Shown here: in pieces, positions 23,900-34,642 of the stretch
How the letters are laid out: every line of letters begins with the position of its first letter
Position numbering within the stretch: position 1 is the stretch's first letter
From: Escherichia coli
Lineage (GTDB): Bacteria; Pseudomonadota; Gammaproteobacteria; Enterobacterales; Enterobacteriaceae
NCBI RefSeq assembly: GCF_030013205.1
Contig: NZ_CP122648.1
Length of the DNA stretch: 64,000 bases
Strand: one strand, 5' to 3'
Notes under the pieces: generated by a model
The model's database searches: none
Told to the model about the DNA's origin: nothing
Seen by the model: only the letters and a program-made list of their open reading frames with translations
Program-made: the position numbers and the translations under genes

Positions 23900-25471
23900 T
23901 TACTGAGAGCTCAGATCAACTTTCCAGGGCAACAGATCGCGTACCCGGTTTGCCGGCCAGTCCTGGATATGTTCAATGACGTAACGCAGCCACTTTTCTG
24001 GCTCCACATTGTTCAGACGGCATGTGCCGATCAGCGAGTACAACACCGCCGCATGTTCACCACCGCTGTCGGAACCCGCGAACATCCAGTTTTTCCGGCC
24101 TACGGCCACTCCCCGTAAGGCGTTCTCTGCGGTGTTGTTGTCGATTTCCACCCAGCCATTACTGCAGTACACGTTCAGTGCATCCCACTGTTTCAGCAGG
24201 TATGCGAACGCTTTTGCCGTATCTGAGTGACGCGACAGTGTTTTCATCTGTTGCTGTATCCAGTCATACAGTGACTGCATCAGTGGCGCGGCTCTGGCTT
24301 TTCTTGCCGCCAGACGCTGTTCTGCTGAACAGCCCCGGACCTCTGCCTCGATGGCATACAGTTCACCGATACGCTGCAGGGCTTCCGTGGTGATGTAGGT
24401 GGGCGCTCTTGCATGCACATCGTGGATTTTTCTCCGGGCATGAGCCATACACGCGGCTTCCGTTATTCTGCCGGATTCGTATAACGCCCGGTAACCACCG
24501 TAAGCATCGGCCTGAAGCACACCGCTGTAACCGGCCAGGTGATTTTGTGGATGGATACCTTTCCGGTCCGGACTGTACGCGAACCAGACCGCCGGGGGCA
24601 TCTGTGAACCGGCGTTACGGTCATCACGGACGTAGACCCACAGCCGGGCTGTCCGGGTTTTACCGCTGCCCGGCTCCTGGACCGGGACGGGGATATCATC
24701 AGCATGGACTTTACCGGGCATCAGCACATACTGGCGCAGGACGTCATACAGCGGCTCCAGCAGTTCAGCAACAGCACCTGTCCAGCGCCCCAGTGTGGCA
24801 CGGCTCAGCTCCACTCCCTGACGACGGTATATTTCTGACTGGCGGTATAACGGCAGATGGTCTGCATATTTCCCGGTGACAACATGGGCCAGAAGCCCCG
24901 CTCCGGCATAACTGCGTGCAATGGGTTTTGAAGGTACTGGTGCCTGTACGATATGGTCGCACCGGCAACAGGCCTGTTTCGGACGTTGTGTTTCGATAAC
25001 CTTAAAGGCGCTGCTGATAAGCTCCAGTTGCTCTGACACATCACATCCCAGAGAACTGAGTTCACCACCACAGGCAGGACAGCATTCCTCTTCCGGCCGG
25101 ATAACCCGGGTTTCACGGGGAAGTGAGGCCGGTAACGGTTTACGGGCTGAAGACTGGCGCAGGGCGGATGGCAGTACCGGGTCATATTGCTCACCCAGCG
25201 TTTCCGCCATTTCTTCCTGAAGTGCGCTGATTCGCTCCTGTGCTTCCTGTATCTGCCGTTCGGTTTTTGCACGAAGTTTTTCTGAGCTTTTACCGAACTG
25301 CATACGTTGCAGTTTCGCAACCAGCGCCTTCAGCCGGTTGATTTCGGAAGCATAAGCCGCCACCCGCTGTGAGAGCAGGCGGTTGTATTCAGCCATCTGG
25401 CGGATGGTGTCCTGTTGCGTCTGCAACAGTGCCCGCAGGCGGGCGTTCTCATGAGCAAGTGAGGTGTCCAT
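23900..25471 (-). CDS. IS66-family transposase TnpC
   Basis: 523 aa with leucine-zipper-like N-terminus, Cys cluster (CPACGG...CRCDH) and C-terminal ...[23 protein letters not shown]... typical of IS66 TnpC. Confidence 0.85.
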   Translation of the reverse strand: MDTSLAHENARLRALLQTQQDTIRQMAEYNRLLSQRVAAYASEINRLKALVAKLQRMQFGKSSEKLRAKTERQIQEAQERISALQEEMAETLGEQYDPVLPSALRQSSARKPLPASLPRETRVIRPEEECCPACGGELSSLGCDVSEQLELISSAFKVIETQRPKQACCRCDHIVQAPVPSKPIARSYAGAGLLAHVVTGKYADHLPLYRQSEIYRRQGVELSRATLGRWTGAVAELLEPLYDVLRQYVLMPGKVHADDIPVPVQEPGSGKTRTARLWVYVRDDRNAGSQMPPAVWFAYSPDRKGIHPQNHLAGYSGVLQADAYGGYRALYESGRITEAACMAHARRKIHDVHARAPTYITTEALQRIGELYAIEAEVRGCSAEQRLAARKARAAPLMQSLYDWIQQQMKTLSRHSDTAKAFAYLLKQWDALNVYCSNGWVEIDNNTAENALRGVAVGRKNWMFAGSDSGGEHAAVLYSLIGTCRLNNVEPEKWLRYVIEHIQDWPANRVRDLLPWKVDLSSQ

Positions 25472-25490
25472 ATCCTCACTTTACAACGGG

Positions 25491-25838
25491 TTATATGCGG
25501 ATTCCAGCGCGTTCCGTTCGTTTCGGGTGCTTCCAGTTGATACCTTCAAGAAGCATGGATAACTGAGCCGGAGTAAGGTGCACCTTGCCGTCACGGGTGA
25601 CTGGCCAGACGAAGCGGCCCCGCTCCAGGCGTTTGGTGAAGAGGCACAGTCCGTCACTGTCAGCCCACAACACTTTTATCTGGTCACCCCGGCGTCCGCG
25701 GAAGATGAACAGGTGTCCGGAGAACGGGTCATCCTTCAGGACGTTCTGAACTTTTGATGCCAGGCCGTTAAAGCCATTTCGCATATCGGTGATACCTGCA
25801 ACCAGCCAGATACGCGAACCTGCAGGGAGAGATATCAT
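25491..25838 (-). CDS. IS66-family accessory protein TnpB
   Basis: 115 aa, ...RIWLVAGITDMRNGFNGLASKVQNVL... Confidence 0.8.
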   Translation of the reverse strand: MISLPAGSRIWLVAGITDMRNGFNGLASKVQNVLKDDPFSGHLFIFRGRRGDQIKVLWADSDGLCLFTKRLERGRFVWPVTRDGKVHLTPAQLSMLLEGINWKHPKRTERAGIRI

Positions 25839-26515
25839 CAGTGGCTGCTCCCTTTTATTTCGCGGATAAGTGTCTGTAATAACGCCGGCGTCAGTTTACC
25901 TTTAAGCCTGAGAGTTCCGGCCGGCAGAACCAGCTCACAACACAGACTGTCGGACGGTGTATTTATCTGCTCTGGTTCCTGTGCGGGGGCCGGGATTTTA
26001 TTATCCGGCTCCGGCGTTAACGTCACGGGAAGCAGTGCCGGCATATTTTTTCCGGAAGGCAGCAGGCCACCTTTCCGGTATTGATGGCGCCAGTTGAAGA
26101 GCAGGTTATCGTTGATTCCGTTTTCCCGGGCGATCTGCGCCACACAGGCTCCGGGCTGCAGTGACTGCTCCACTAAGGCGATTTTAAACTCATAAGGGAA
26201 GTTGGGCCGCCGGGGACGTTTTTTTACCACGGGGGCTTCGGATATAACGGTGCTTTCAGGACGTACGACTGGTACCGTGGAAAATTGTCCGTAAAGGCAG
26301 GCATCAAGTTCCTGCTCCGACATGCCTGCGGGCAAAGGCCACGAAAGGCCAGCTCTCCGAAAGCGCACGAACATACTACAAACTGTTGATTTTGGTACAC
26401 CCAGGCGACGCCCGGCCACAACCCGGGGTAAATGTTCTTCAAAGTGAAGACGTAAAGCTTCAGTGATCCAGGTCCGGTGTTTCATACGATAGTGTCCATT
26501 AAAAATGATGGACAT
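25838..26515 (-). CDS. IS66-family accessory protein TnpA (start uncertain; track ORF may be over-extended)
   Basis: ...RPRRPNFPYEFKIALVEQSLQPGACVAQIARENGINDNLLFNWRHQYRKGG... Confidence 0.65.
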   Translation of the reverse strand: MSIIFNGHYRMKHRTWITEALRLHFEEHLPRVVAGRRLGVPKSTVCSMFVRFRRAGLSWPLPAGMSEQELDACLYGQFSTVPVVRPESTVISEAPVVKKRPRRPNFPYEFKIALVEQSLQPGACVAQIARENGINDNLLFNWRHQYRKGGLLPSGKNMPALLPVTLTPEPDNKIPAPAQEPEQINTPSDSLCCELVLPAGTLRLKGKLTPALLQTLIREIKGSSH

Positions 26516-26568
26516 TATTTTTGTAGAGCCGGAGGAAACAGACCAGACGGTTTAAATGAGCCGGTTAC

Positions 26569-26576
26569 ATGCATTT
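26569..26576. repeat. Target-site duplication (right copy) of the IS66-family element
   Basis: ATGCATTT. Confidence 0.7.
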
Positions 26577-27266
26577 CGGGGTAGAGTTCTGCACGCCCAC
26601 GTGCCAGCGTGATGGAAAATGATGCGGCTCCGCGTTGTAGCTGCTGCCACTTTGCCGCCGCTGCGCGTCTTGCTGCCTGCTCGTTCTGATAAGTCTTGCG
26701 TAACACAAACACATTGCCTTCCGCACCTTCCATATAATCACCTTCACGGCTGCTGCTTTTCTCCTTTTTAGGTTTTGGTGGTTTGCGGCGTTTCACACTG
26801 ACTTTTTTCTTTTTCCCGTAATTAAGATCAAGCCAGTAAGCGCGTACCCCCGTATACGCTTCGCGGTCAGCAATGCGGAACTGATGGCGATCGCCGCTGT
26901 TGCGCGTGATGGCGAACGATGGCAACGGCTGGCCCTGTGCGTTCACGCCACCGCCTGGCATGATGAATAACAGATTATCGCTTTTTACCGTGGTGATTGC
27001 GCCCAGCATTTCCGCCATGCGCGTAAGGAAGGACATGTCGCTTTCTTCGGTCTGGTCGGCGTGGTCGATTTCGATATCCATCAGCATTTCGCTGATTTGC
27101 GGTTTCAGGCCGTACCGATGAGCGATGGCGGATACCACACGCTCAACGGTCACATCATGCCAGGACACCTCACGTTTAACGTTAAATTCATCCCGAAAAT
27201 CTGCGCTTCTGGCTGAAACAGTCAGCCTGTCCGGCGGTCCTTCGTGAGCGATTTCATCAACAATTA

Positions 27267-27685
27267 GACTGGCCCCCTGAATCTCCAGACAACCAATATC
27301 ACTTAAATAAGTGATAGTCTTAATACTAGTTTTTAGACTAGTCATTGGAGAGCAGATGATTGATGTCTTAGGACCGGAGAAACGCAGACGGCGTACTACA
27401 CAGGAAAAGATCGCTATTGTTCAGCAGAGTTTTGAACCGGGAATGACGGTCTCCCTTGTTGCCCGGCAACACGGTGTGGCAGCCAGCCAGTTATTTCTCT
27501 GGCGCAAGCAATACCAGGAGGGAAGTCTTACTGCTGTGGCCGCAGGAGAGCAGGTCGTTCCTGCCTCTGAACTTGCTGCTGCCATGAAGCAGATTAAAGA
27601 ACTCCAGCGCCTGCTCGGCAAAAAAACGATGGAAAATGAACTCCTTAAAGAAGCCGTTGAATACGGGCGTGCAAAAAAAGTGGAT
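27267..27685 (+). mobile_element. IS2 left-end fragment (IRL plus 5' part of insC/orfA), truncated near IS2 position ~416
   Basis: TAGACTGGCCCCCTGAATCTCCAGACAACCAATATCACTTAAATAAGTGATAGTCTTAATACTAGTTTTTAGACTAGTCATTGGAG... then Ins[57 protein letters not shown]...[10 protein letters not shown]; homology ends just after the A-run; remainder of IS2 absent. Confidence 0.8.
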
Positions 27686-30247
27686 ACAGTGCTCAGCGAA
27701 AAACAACAAAAGCTGATGCAGCAGTTAAGCACCCGGCTTGAACGCCTGAATGAATCGCGCACACGGGAAATTCAGAAAATGCGGGAGCTTGGCGGAGAGC
27801 TGAAACGCCACGGCATTTCCCTGACAGGCAGCGATAACACCATCCAGCAGGCCATCAGACGCACCGAACAGTACAACAACCAGCTTGAACGCGAACGGCA
27901 GGCGCTTGCGCGTGTAACACGGGCGCGTGAGCGGTATTCGCGCGCGCAGGAAACAGCGGGAAAACTGAAAACAGGTGGTGCGCTGGCAATTGGTGCGGCA
28001 ACGGCGGGCGGCTATGCTGCCGGGCGTTTTTTGCAGCCTGCGATCGGGTTCGGCAAAGAGATGTCCCGCGTTCAGGCACTGACGCGAATCGACAAAAACA
28101 GCCCGCAGTTTAAGGCGCTGCGTGAGCAGGCGTTAAAACTTGGCTCTGAAACACAGTTTACTGCGAGTGATGCCGCCAGTGGGCAGAGCTTTCTGGCAAT
28201 GGCTGGTTTTACTCCGCAGGCCATTCAGGCCGCATTGCCCGGTGTTCTTAATATGGCGCTGGCAGGTGGCGTCGAACTCGGCGAGACGGCTGATATAGGC
28301 TCCAATATCCTCACACAGTTCAACCTGACAGCCGATCAAATGGACCGTGTTGGCGATACGCTGACAGCAGCATTCACCCGGACCAATACTGATTTACGCG
28401 CGCTGGGCGAAACCATGAAGTATACCGGTCCGGTTGCCGCAAAACTTGGTATCAGTCTTGAAGAAGCGGCGGCCATGGCCGGGATGCTTGCCAATAATGG
28501 TCTTCGCGGAAGCGATGCTGGTACGGCCATGCGCGCAAGTCTGTCCCGCCTTGCATCACCGCCAAAAGCTGCGGCTGATGCACTGAAAGAGCTGGGGGTG
28601 TCAGTTGCTGACGCCAGAGGCAAAATGCGCCCGATGGAGGATGTGCTGCTTGATCTCTATAAGGCGACACAAAAATACGGACAGGTGGACCAGGTTTCCT
28701 TCTTCAAGGACATCGCCGGAGAAGAGGCGTTCGTTGGTTTGCAGACGCTTGTTGCGGCGGCTGGTTCAGGAGAGCTGCAAAAACTGACCAGAGAATTGCA
28801 GGGGGCAAGGGGAGAGGCCGATCGCGTCGCAAAAGTAATGGCCGATAATCTTGATGGGGACCTGAAAAATCTCGACAGCGCATGGGAAGGTCTTCGTATT
28901 CGCATCAGTGATCTGGTTGACGGTCCGCTGCGTTCTGTCACGCAGTGGCTCACGCGGGTGCTTGAAAAAATCACCTCGCTGGCGCAGGCCCATCCGGTAC
29001 TGACGCGCCAGCTACTGATAGCAGGCGGTGCGTTGCTGGCAATGACTGCAACGATTGGCTCGTTGTCGCTGGTTATTGGGGTGCTTTACGGGAAGCTGGC
29101 CACCCTGCGTCTTGGTTTTGACATTCTTACCCGGTCAATGAATGTCGTCAGGGTGTTGCCTGCGCTGTGGGGAATGGTGACGGGTTCCGTTTCTTTACTG
29201 GGAGGCGCCATCGGGGCGTTGTTCAGTCCGGTTGGTCTTATCGTGGCTGCGCTTGCCGGAGCTGCCGTTCTTATCTGGAAATACTGGGATCCCATCAGGG
29301 CATTTTTTGCCGGGGTGTTCAGCGGGATTATGGAAAGGCTGACCCCGTTGCGCGAAACCTTTGAACGGTTTGGTCCTGTTTTTGACACAATCGGAAGCGG
29401 GATCAGCCAGGTGTTTAACTGGTTTAAATCGCTGCTGTCACCGATGGAGTCCAGCAAGGAAACGCTGGATAAATGTACCAGTGCTGGCGAGATATTCGGT
29501 AACGTTCTTGGCGGTGCGTTACAGCTTGTTCTGACACCTGCAAAAATGCTACTGGATACGCTGGCGTGGATACTTGAAAAACTTGGCGTCCTTCCGGATG
29601 AAGCGGAAAGGGCGCGCAAGAAAATCGAAGACGCACAGCGTGCGGCCATTCTTCAGGACAAGGTTGCCTTGCTTCAGGGTGACCTGGCGAAAATCAATCC
29701 GCCGAAGCCTGTGGAAAATGGCAATGGCACCGGAGGTAATAAACCCAAAGACAACAAACCGCTCACAGACAGCAATACCGGGACGCTACGCAGACTCAGC
29801 AAAATTGCTGATAACACAGGTAAGCTGGTTGATGAGACGAAAAAACGCATTGGCCCCGGCGATATTGTCTTTAAGAACCTGCCCCGCGCACTTGCTGTTC
29901 GTGGAGAGTGGCAGGAGCGGAAGATTGCGCAGGTCAGTAAGCCTGCCCCCGCAATTAATATCACACCCGTGGTCCCGGCTCCGCTGCCTCCGGCGCTGGT
30001 CCCTGTTGTTGCGGCCAGCTCCCGCCCGGTGGCGGAGGCCATACGATCTCCAGTGGCATCAGTTCCTGTAACTTCCCGTAACCGGGAGCCTGTTGCCTCC
30101 GGATTTGGTGGTGAAATTCATGTTCATCTGCATAACGTTGTTACGCAGAATCCCCGCGAACTGGCGAAACTGGTCGGTGAAATGGTCAGGGCAGAAATGG
30201 AACGGCGCGCCCGTGCCGGGCGTGGCAGTTTTTACGATAAAGATTGA
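27356..30247 (+). CDS. Chimeric ORF: IS2 InsC N-terminal ~110 codons fused in frame to a P2 gpT-like tail tape measure protein
   Basis: Track ORF 27311..30247 (978 aa); after ...EYGRAKK the sequence continues as tape-measure-like (..[71 protein letters not shown]..). Confidence 0.75.
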
Positions 30248-30253
30248 GGAGTC

Positions 30254-30748
30254 ATGGCCATGATGATGATCTACGGCATGTTTGTTTTTGAGCTGCGCAC
30301 GCTGCCGCATCAGCAGTTACAGCAAAACAAAAGCTGGCGGCATGTGAAAAATGAACGCGTTAACCGTTCAGCAAGCTGGCAGTATATCGGTGCAGGTGAT
30401 GATCGCATCGTTCTTTCTGGTATGCTTTATCCTGAAATTACAGGTGGCGAAGTGTCGCTGTCGCTGCTGACCACGCAGGCGTATACAGGACGCCCCTGGC
30501 CTCTTATTGATGGCGTCGGGCAGATTTACGGCATGTATGTCCTGACCGAAACGAATACGACCCGTTCCGAGTTTGATCGCTACGGTAAGGCGAAAAAGAT
30601 AGAATTTTCACTGACCCTTGAACGCTGTGATGAGGATTTGCGGGAGCGCCTGCAATCCTCATCGTTCAGCGATATGCTGTCCGGCTTCAAAGATAAAGTG
30701 ACATCATCCCTTAACAGCGCGGCCAGTTCAGTTAAAGGGCTGTTCTGA
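30254..30748 (+). CDS. P2 gpU-like tail protein
   Basis: MMMIYGMFVFELRTLPHQQLQQNKSWRHVKNERVNRSASWQYIGAGDDRIVLSGMLYPEITGGEVSL... resembles P2 gpU (MMVLGMFVFELRT...). Confidence 0.8.
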   Translation: MAMMMIYGMFVFELRTLPHQQLQQNKSWRHVKNERVNRSASWQYIGAGDDRIVLSGMLYPEITGGEVSLSLLTTQAYTGRPWPLIDGVGQIYGMYVLTETNTTRSEFDRYGKAKKIEFSLTLERCDEDLRERLQSSSFSDMLSGFKDKVTSSLNSAASSVKGLF

Positions 30749-30918
30749 TTTAATGCTGGCCACTCATACCCTCATACCTGGTAATAAGTGGCCAGTCTTA
30801 ACACTCACCATTTGATTGCACCAGTGTTAACGATTTGTTACTGGACATCAGACACGCTGGATAGCCAGTAGAAACATACCATAAAAATTATTACAATAAT
30901 TGGTCACATGATTATCTT

Positions 30919-31482
30919 ATGCTGAATAATAGAGATATGAATATTAATGAACTTAAAGATTGTATTCACTATGAAGTAATCGGTAGCGAGCGTCCTTTCT
31001 CCTGGCGAAAGGCAATTGTTCGCGCAATAAAACATAGAAGAGTTCGTTATTTATTTTGGTGGCGCATAGCCAAATACCTTTTTGATAAAGGCGGATACTG
31101 TCGGAAGATTGCGGGGAAAATAGAACGTTTCATTCTTGATAAATATAATGTAACAGTCCCTTTAACTGTAAATATAGGGAAAGGCTTTGATATTTCTTAT
31201 CTCAACAGTGTTGTTATCGGTCACAAAGTAACAATCGGTGAAAATTGTTCAATAAAACCAGGGGTAACTATTGGGCTGCGTGGTGATTTTAATGATATGG
31301 ATATTGTTATAGGACATAATGTGACCATTGGTTGTAATGCCACCATTCTTGGTGGCAAAGTGCGTATAGGAAACAATGTCACAATAGGTGCTCATGCATT
31401 GGTATTGCATGATATTCCAGATGATTCAACATTCATCACTAAATTTCAGTCTGAAGTTATCTGCTCGTCCTCCCGCACATAA
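30919..31482 (+). CDS. Hexapeptide-repeat (left-handed beta-helix) acetyltransferase, AT-rich cargo gene
   Basis: Repeats of [LIV]-G-x-x-x-x-I-G ([22 protein letters not shown]...[33 protein letters not shown]); low GC; 3' end overlaps tfa 3' end. Confidence 0.75.
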   Translation: MLNNRDMNINELKDCIHYEVIGSERPFSWRKAIVRAIKHRRVRYLFWWRIAKYLFDKGGYCRKIAGKIERFILDKYNVTVPLTVNIGKGFDISYLNSVVIGHKVTIGENCSIKPGVTIGLRGDFNDMDIVIGHNVTIGCNATILGGKVRIGNNVTIGAHALVLHDIPDDSTFITKFQSEVICSSSRT

Positions 31483-32063
31483 CCCTGATTCATCAGCTCT
31501 GGCCATACGATATCCGGAGCTGTACTGGTGTCAATTCTACTCACTAATACTCTGTATTTTCTCCAGGAATCCAGTTGTGAATTTTCCTCGTTTGTTGCTA
31601 TTTCAAGATTAACTGCATCCTGCAGAATTGCGATGTTATCTGTTGCTTCCTGGATCAACCTTGCCTTTTTCTCTTCCGCTTCCCGTATCCGAAACAGTTT
31701 TTCTGCTTCCTCATCCTTCACCCAGGATACGCCGTCCCACTTCTGATACTCCCCTGCTGGCGACAACCAGGTGACATTCTCTGGTAGCGGTCCGGGTTCA
31801 GAAATAAACAACGCGTCCCCCGATGCCACGTCATAGACCGTTTTACCACGATGGTCTTCAACAATATTCCACGATTCATTTTCACTGTTAAAAACTGCCA
31901 CAAAGCCAGCAGGAATTTCCGGTGGGGCGATATCTGTAGAATTGGCTGGCAGCCCTGTATGAGGTGGAATATATGCGTCACCTTCACCAATAAACTCATT
32001 AGTTCCGGCCAGCAGGTTATAAATTTTTACAGTACGTGATTGTTCACTCATTCTGAATGCCAT
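31446..32063 (-). CDS. Tail fibre assembly chaperone (Tfa; P2 gpG-like)
   Basis: 205 aa immediately downstream of, and start/stop-overlapping with, the tail fibre gene; Tfa-like sequence. Confidence 0.75.
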   Translation of the reverse strand: MAFRMSEQSRTVKIYNLLAGTNEFIGEGDAYIPPHTGLPANSTDIAPPEIPAGFVAVFNSENESWNIVEDHRGKTVYDVASGDALFISEPGPLPENVTWLSPAGEYQKWDGVSWVKDEEAEKLFRIREAEEKKARLIQEATDNIAILQDAVNLEIATNEENSQLDSWRKYRVLVSRIDTSTAPDIVWPELMNQGYVREDEQITSD

Positions 32064-33724
32064 TATGCAAGCCTCACAATATAATTAAATGCGATGTTTT
32101 TAACGGTGTTTTCCGCGTTACCAGCAGCGTTAACGGTGATGGTGTGTCCATGTGAACCAATCGCAACAGAGTGCGTATGAGCGCCAATACCAACAGTGTG
32201 TGCATGTGCCCCAGCACTTGTAGCGGTACCTGATACTGAGTGGGTATGTGCGCCAGAAGAAGGCACAGTTCCATTCCCCACCACCGTGCCACTTGATGCA
32301 CCATCAAGCCAGTCGAAATTCATACCTCCACTGTTTGGTCTCCTTAATGGAACGGTATGTGTATGTGCGCCAGCACTATTTGCAGTACCAGATACATTGT
32401 GGGTATGTGCACCAGTGTTATTCGTTGATTTAGTACCGTAATCAAACGACGATGTGGTTTTCGTACCCAAATCCGTACTGGATGCGCTGGCACTGTGGGT
32501 GTGCGATTTAATGCCATCCTGTTCCTGAGACAATACGGCCCGACCACTGGCGGGTTTGCCCTTGATTGTCCAGCCGCGCATATCTGGAATAACACCAGAA
32601 GGATAGGCAATAGCCAGTTTCGGATATGCTGCCTTATCAAACGTCTGCCCCTGCATGATTGCATAACCTGCAGGTGGCGTATCTGATGGCCACGGCAGCG
32701 GAACACCTGGCGGAAACGCTTCAATATTTGCCGAGCCGTCAAATTTTACGCCGTTAATTGTCCTTGCCGTTTTCAGCTTTGTTGCTGTAGCAGCATTGCC
32801 GGATAGTTCGCCAGAAAGACCACCGCTGAATGTCTGTTTCGCCGCCCATGTCTGAGCTTCGTCGATAATTGGCACACGTCTTGTCGTAATCGTGCGGCTT
32901 CCCGGATTTCCTGAAATGCGAACCATAAAAAAGCGGTAATTCGCTTTACTTGCAGTGCTGCGCCATACATGCATTGAGCGCCCCGTACCGAAATCATCAC
33001 TCGGACCAACTGCGATGTTTATCAGGTTGCCATCAATGACGCCCCAGTCCATACCGTCGGGAATATTGGTCATGTTATCAAGCCGAACGGTTATCAGACT
33101 GCCCGGCACAAAATCGTAGGTCTGCCAGTCCAGGCTGGTGAGTTTTGCCACTGCGCCACCGATCCCCATATTCAGGGGCAACGAAAAGGAGTTATACACT
33201 TCTCGCCATTCGGTCCATGTGCTCCCGGCGTAGACGCGCTCAAAAGTGCGCCCCTGTGTGGTTTCTGATTTCCCTGTGGTTGTGTAACGCTGCCAGACAG
33301 ATACACCATCAAAACGCCTGATTACTTCCAGTATCCCAAGCAATGTCGCCCCAGCAGCGTCCAGCATCGGACCGTTTGTCGCCTTTCCTGTAACACTGTA
33401 AATACCGGGGTCGGTTAGAACATTCAAATCACCTTCGTAATAACGGCTCTCTGACTGATGACCGACTCTTAACCACGGTTCCCACTGCGGATTTGATGCA
33501 TCCCAGCTTGCCGCAAGGCAGCGAACGTACATATTCCCACGACGAGTGGTATAACGTTGCGTTCTTCCATAATTCCCGCCTTCGAGGATCTCAAGCGTCC
33601 CCTGAGCAAAGCCGCCTTCCTCTGGATAATTGCGTTCATATGAAGCTATAGCCGAGCTACTGTTACGCCATAAACCAAGATGCTCAGCGGCTCCAAGCGT
33701 ATTCAGGTCTATAGTCGTACTCAA
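32063..33724 (-). CDS. Phage tail fibre protein
   Basis: 553 aa; ...[41 protein letters not shown]... and C-terminal His-rich repeats [38 protein letters not shown]. Confidence 0.8.
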   Translation of the reverse strand: MSTTIDLNTLGAAEHLGLWRNSSSAIASYERNYPEEGGFAQGTLEILEGGNYGRTQRYTTRRGNMYVRCLAASWDASNPQWEPWLRVGHQSESRYYEGDLNVLTDPGIYSVTGKATNGPMLDAAGATLLGILEVIRRFDGVSVWQRYTTTGKSETTQGRTFERVYAGSTWTEWREVYNSFSLPLNMGIGGAVAKLTSLDWQTYDFVPGSLITVRLDNMTNIPDGMDWGVIDGNLINIAVGPSDDFGTGRSMHVWRSTASKANYRFFMVRISGNPGSRTITTRRVPIIDEAQTWAAKQTFSGGLSGELSGNAATATKLKTARTINGVKFDGSANIEAFPPGVPLPWPSDTPPAGYAIMQGQTFDKAAYPKLAIAYPSGVIPDMRGWTIKGKPASGRAVLSQEQDGIKSHTHSASASSTDLGTKTTSSFDYGTKSTNNTGAHTHNVSGTANSAGAHTHTVPLRRPNSGGMNFDWLDGASSGTVVGNGTVPSSGAHTHSVSGTATSAGAHAHTVGIGAHTHSVAIGSHGHTITVNAAGNAENTVKNIAFNYIVRLA

Positions 33725-34000
33725 AGGGCGGGTAGTTCAAGAAGCTGTTCCGGAGCGTTTGTTGATGATCCCGATCTGCATAAAAATATTCTTATTTGCT
33801 ATCCGTATGGTAACTATGAATATGACAATATTATCTATGTTGAAAAGAAAACTAATGCATTGGGCGTTGTTGTGACGTATGCACAGACTGCACGAGACGA
33901 TGCTGAATAAGATACTACAGAGATAGTCCACTTTTTTGTTTATTTGTCGGGATAAAAACAAATTACCCCGACTCACCATGTATTAATCTTCCGCTTTAAG

Positions 34001-34384
34001 TTAGTCTTGTAGCTGCGCTGTCCTGCTATGCAGCAAAGCGGCGTACTTTAATGCGTCCTGTGCTTTCTGGAATTTAAGTGCATAGTCAGTGGCGATTTTT
34101 TCCAGTTCAGCGATTCGGTTGTCTTTGGTTTCCAGCCAATCAAGTAGCGCCAATACTTCAGGATCCCCGACATCCAACACTGTTACGCGTGATTTTTCAT
34201 AATGTTCGTCGGCAAGAGTTCGACCAATTTTGAAATCTCCATCATCACCATAACCGGAGCAGCCATAAACAACCTGTGCTCCAGATATTCGCTGAATTGA
34301 CATTTCTTCGCCGCAAATAGGGCATTTTGGTACTGGTGCAGGTGAATAACGTTCACGTAATGCCTGATAGTTGATTTTGCTCAT
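34001..34384 (-). CDS. Hypothetical phage protein with CxxC zinc-ribbon-like motif
   Basis: 127 aa, ...PVPKCPICGEEMSIQRISGAQVVYGCSGYG...; no family recognised. Confidence 0.4.
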   Translation of the reverse strand: MSKINYQALRERYSPAPVPKCPICGEEMSIQRISGAQVVYGCSGYGDDGDFKIGRTLADEHYEKSRVTVLDVGDPEVLALLDWLETKDNRIAELEKIATDYALKFQKAQDALKYAALLHSRTAQLQD

Positions 34385-34642
34385 TAAGTCGCTCTTCTTG
34401 TTTATGTTCTGAGATGGAGATCAGGGCGAACTCGCCCTGACGTTGTGTTATTCAGGAAATAACGCCCTGATATTTCCGGCCATCTGACTGGTTATCTGTG
34501 CGGTTGGTACTGGCTGTGACAGGGGGCGTTCTGTCCTGGTTTGTGTCACTGATAACGCCTCATCGTCAGCCCATGCAGCCAGTCGGTAAGCCTCTGCCGG
34601 ATTCATTTTCAGAAGTGCCAGCCCGGCCAGAAAAGCCACGCG

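Larger units (their letters stand above)
23870..26568 (-). mobile_element. IS66-family insertion sequence (~2.7 kb) with three ORFs (tnpA-tnpB-tnpC on the minus strand)
   Basis: Imperfect terminal inverted repeats GTAAGCGACTCGTCAGAACCGT / GTAACCGGCTCATTTAAACCGT; flanked by 8-bp direct repeat ATGCATTT. Confidence 0.8.
23724..27266 (-). pseudogene. P2 gpD-like tail gene, disrupted: C-terminal segment ~23724-23861, IS66-family insertion, middle segment ~26577-27266, 5' end replaced by IS2 end
   Basis: Segments translate to ...LIVDEIAHEGPPDRLTVSARSADFRDEF...EVSWHD...GRAELYPEMH and GTVTGFKSEIDNQDWIIAKAEHTIDNSGFTTQLELEAKIPEW, colinear with P2 gpD; first ~85 codons missing. Confidence 0.8.

Noticed and set aside
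26515-27345. Track ORF 26515..27345 as an intact 276-aa gene
   Set aside because: Its N-terminal codons ([16 protein letters not shown]...) are read from the IS2 inverted repeat and its C-terminal codons (...VTGSFKPSGLFPPALQK) from the IS66-family element terminus; only the middle is gpD. Treated as part of the disrupted gene D.
30254-33724. The retained tail genes as a functional tailocin (pyocin-like) cluster
   Set aside because: Sheath, tube, baseplate and lysis genes are absent and gene D is disrupted, so a contractile particle cannot be assembled from this locus alone.
33680-33910. 76-aa plus-strand ORF upstream of the tail fibre gene
   Set aside because: Overlaps the 5' end of the tail fibre gene region, has no recognisable features and no obvious ribosome-binding site; insufficient support.
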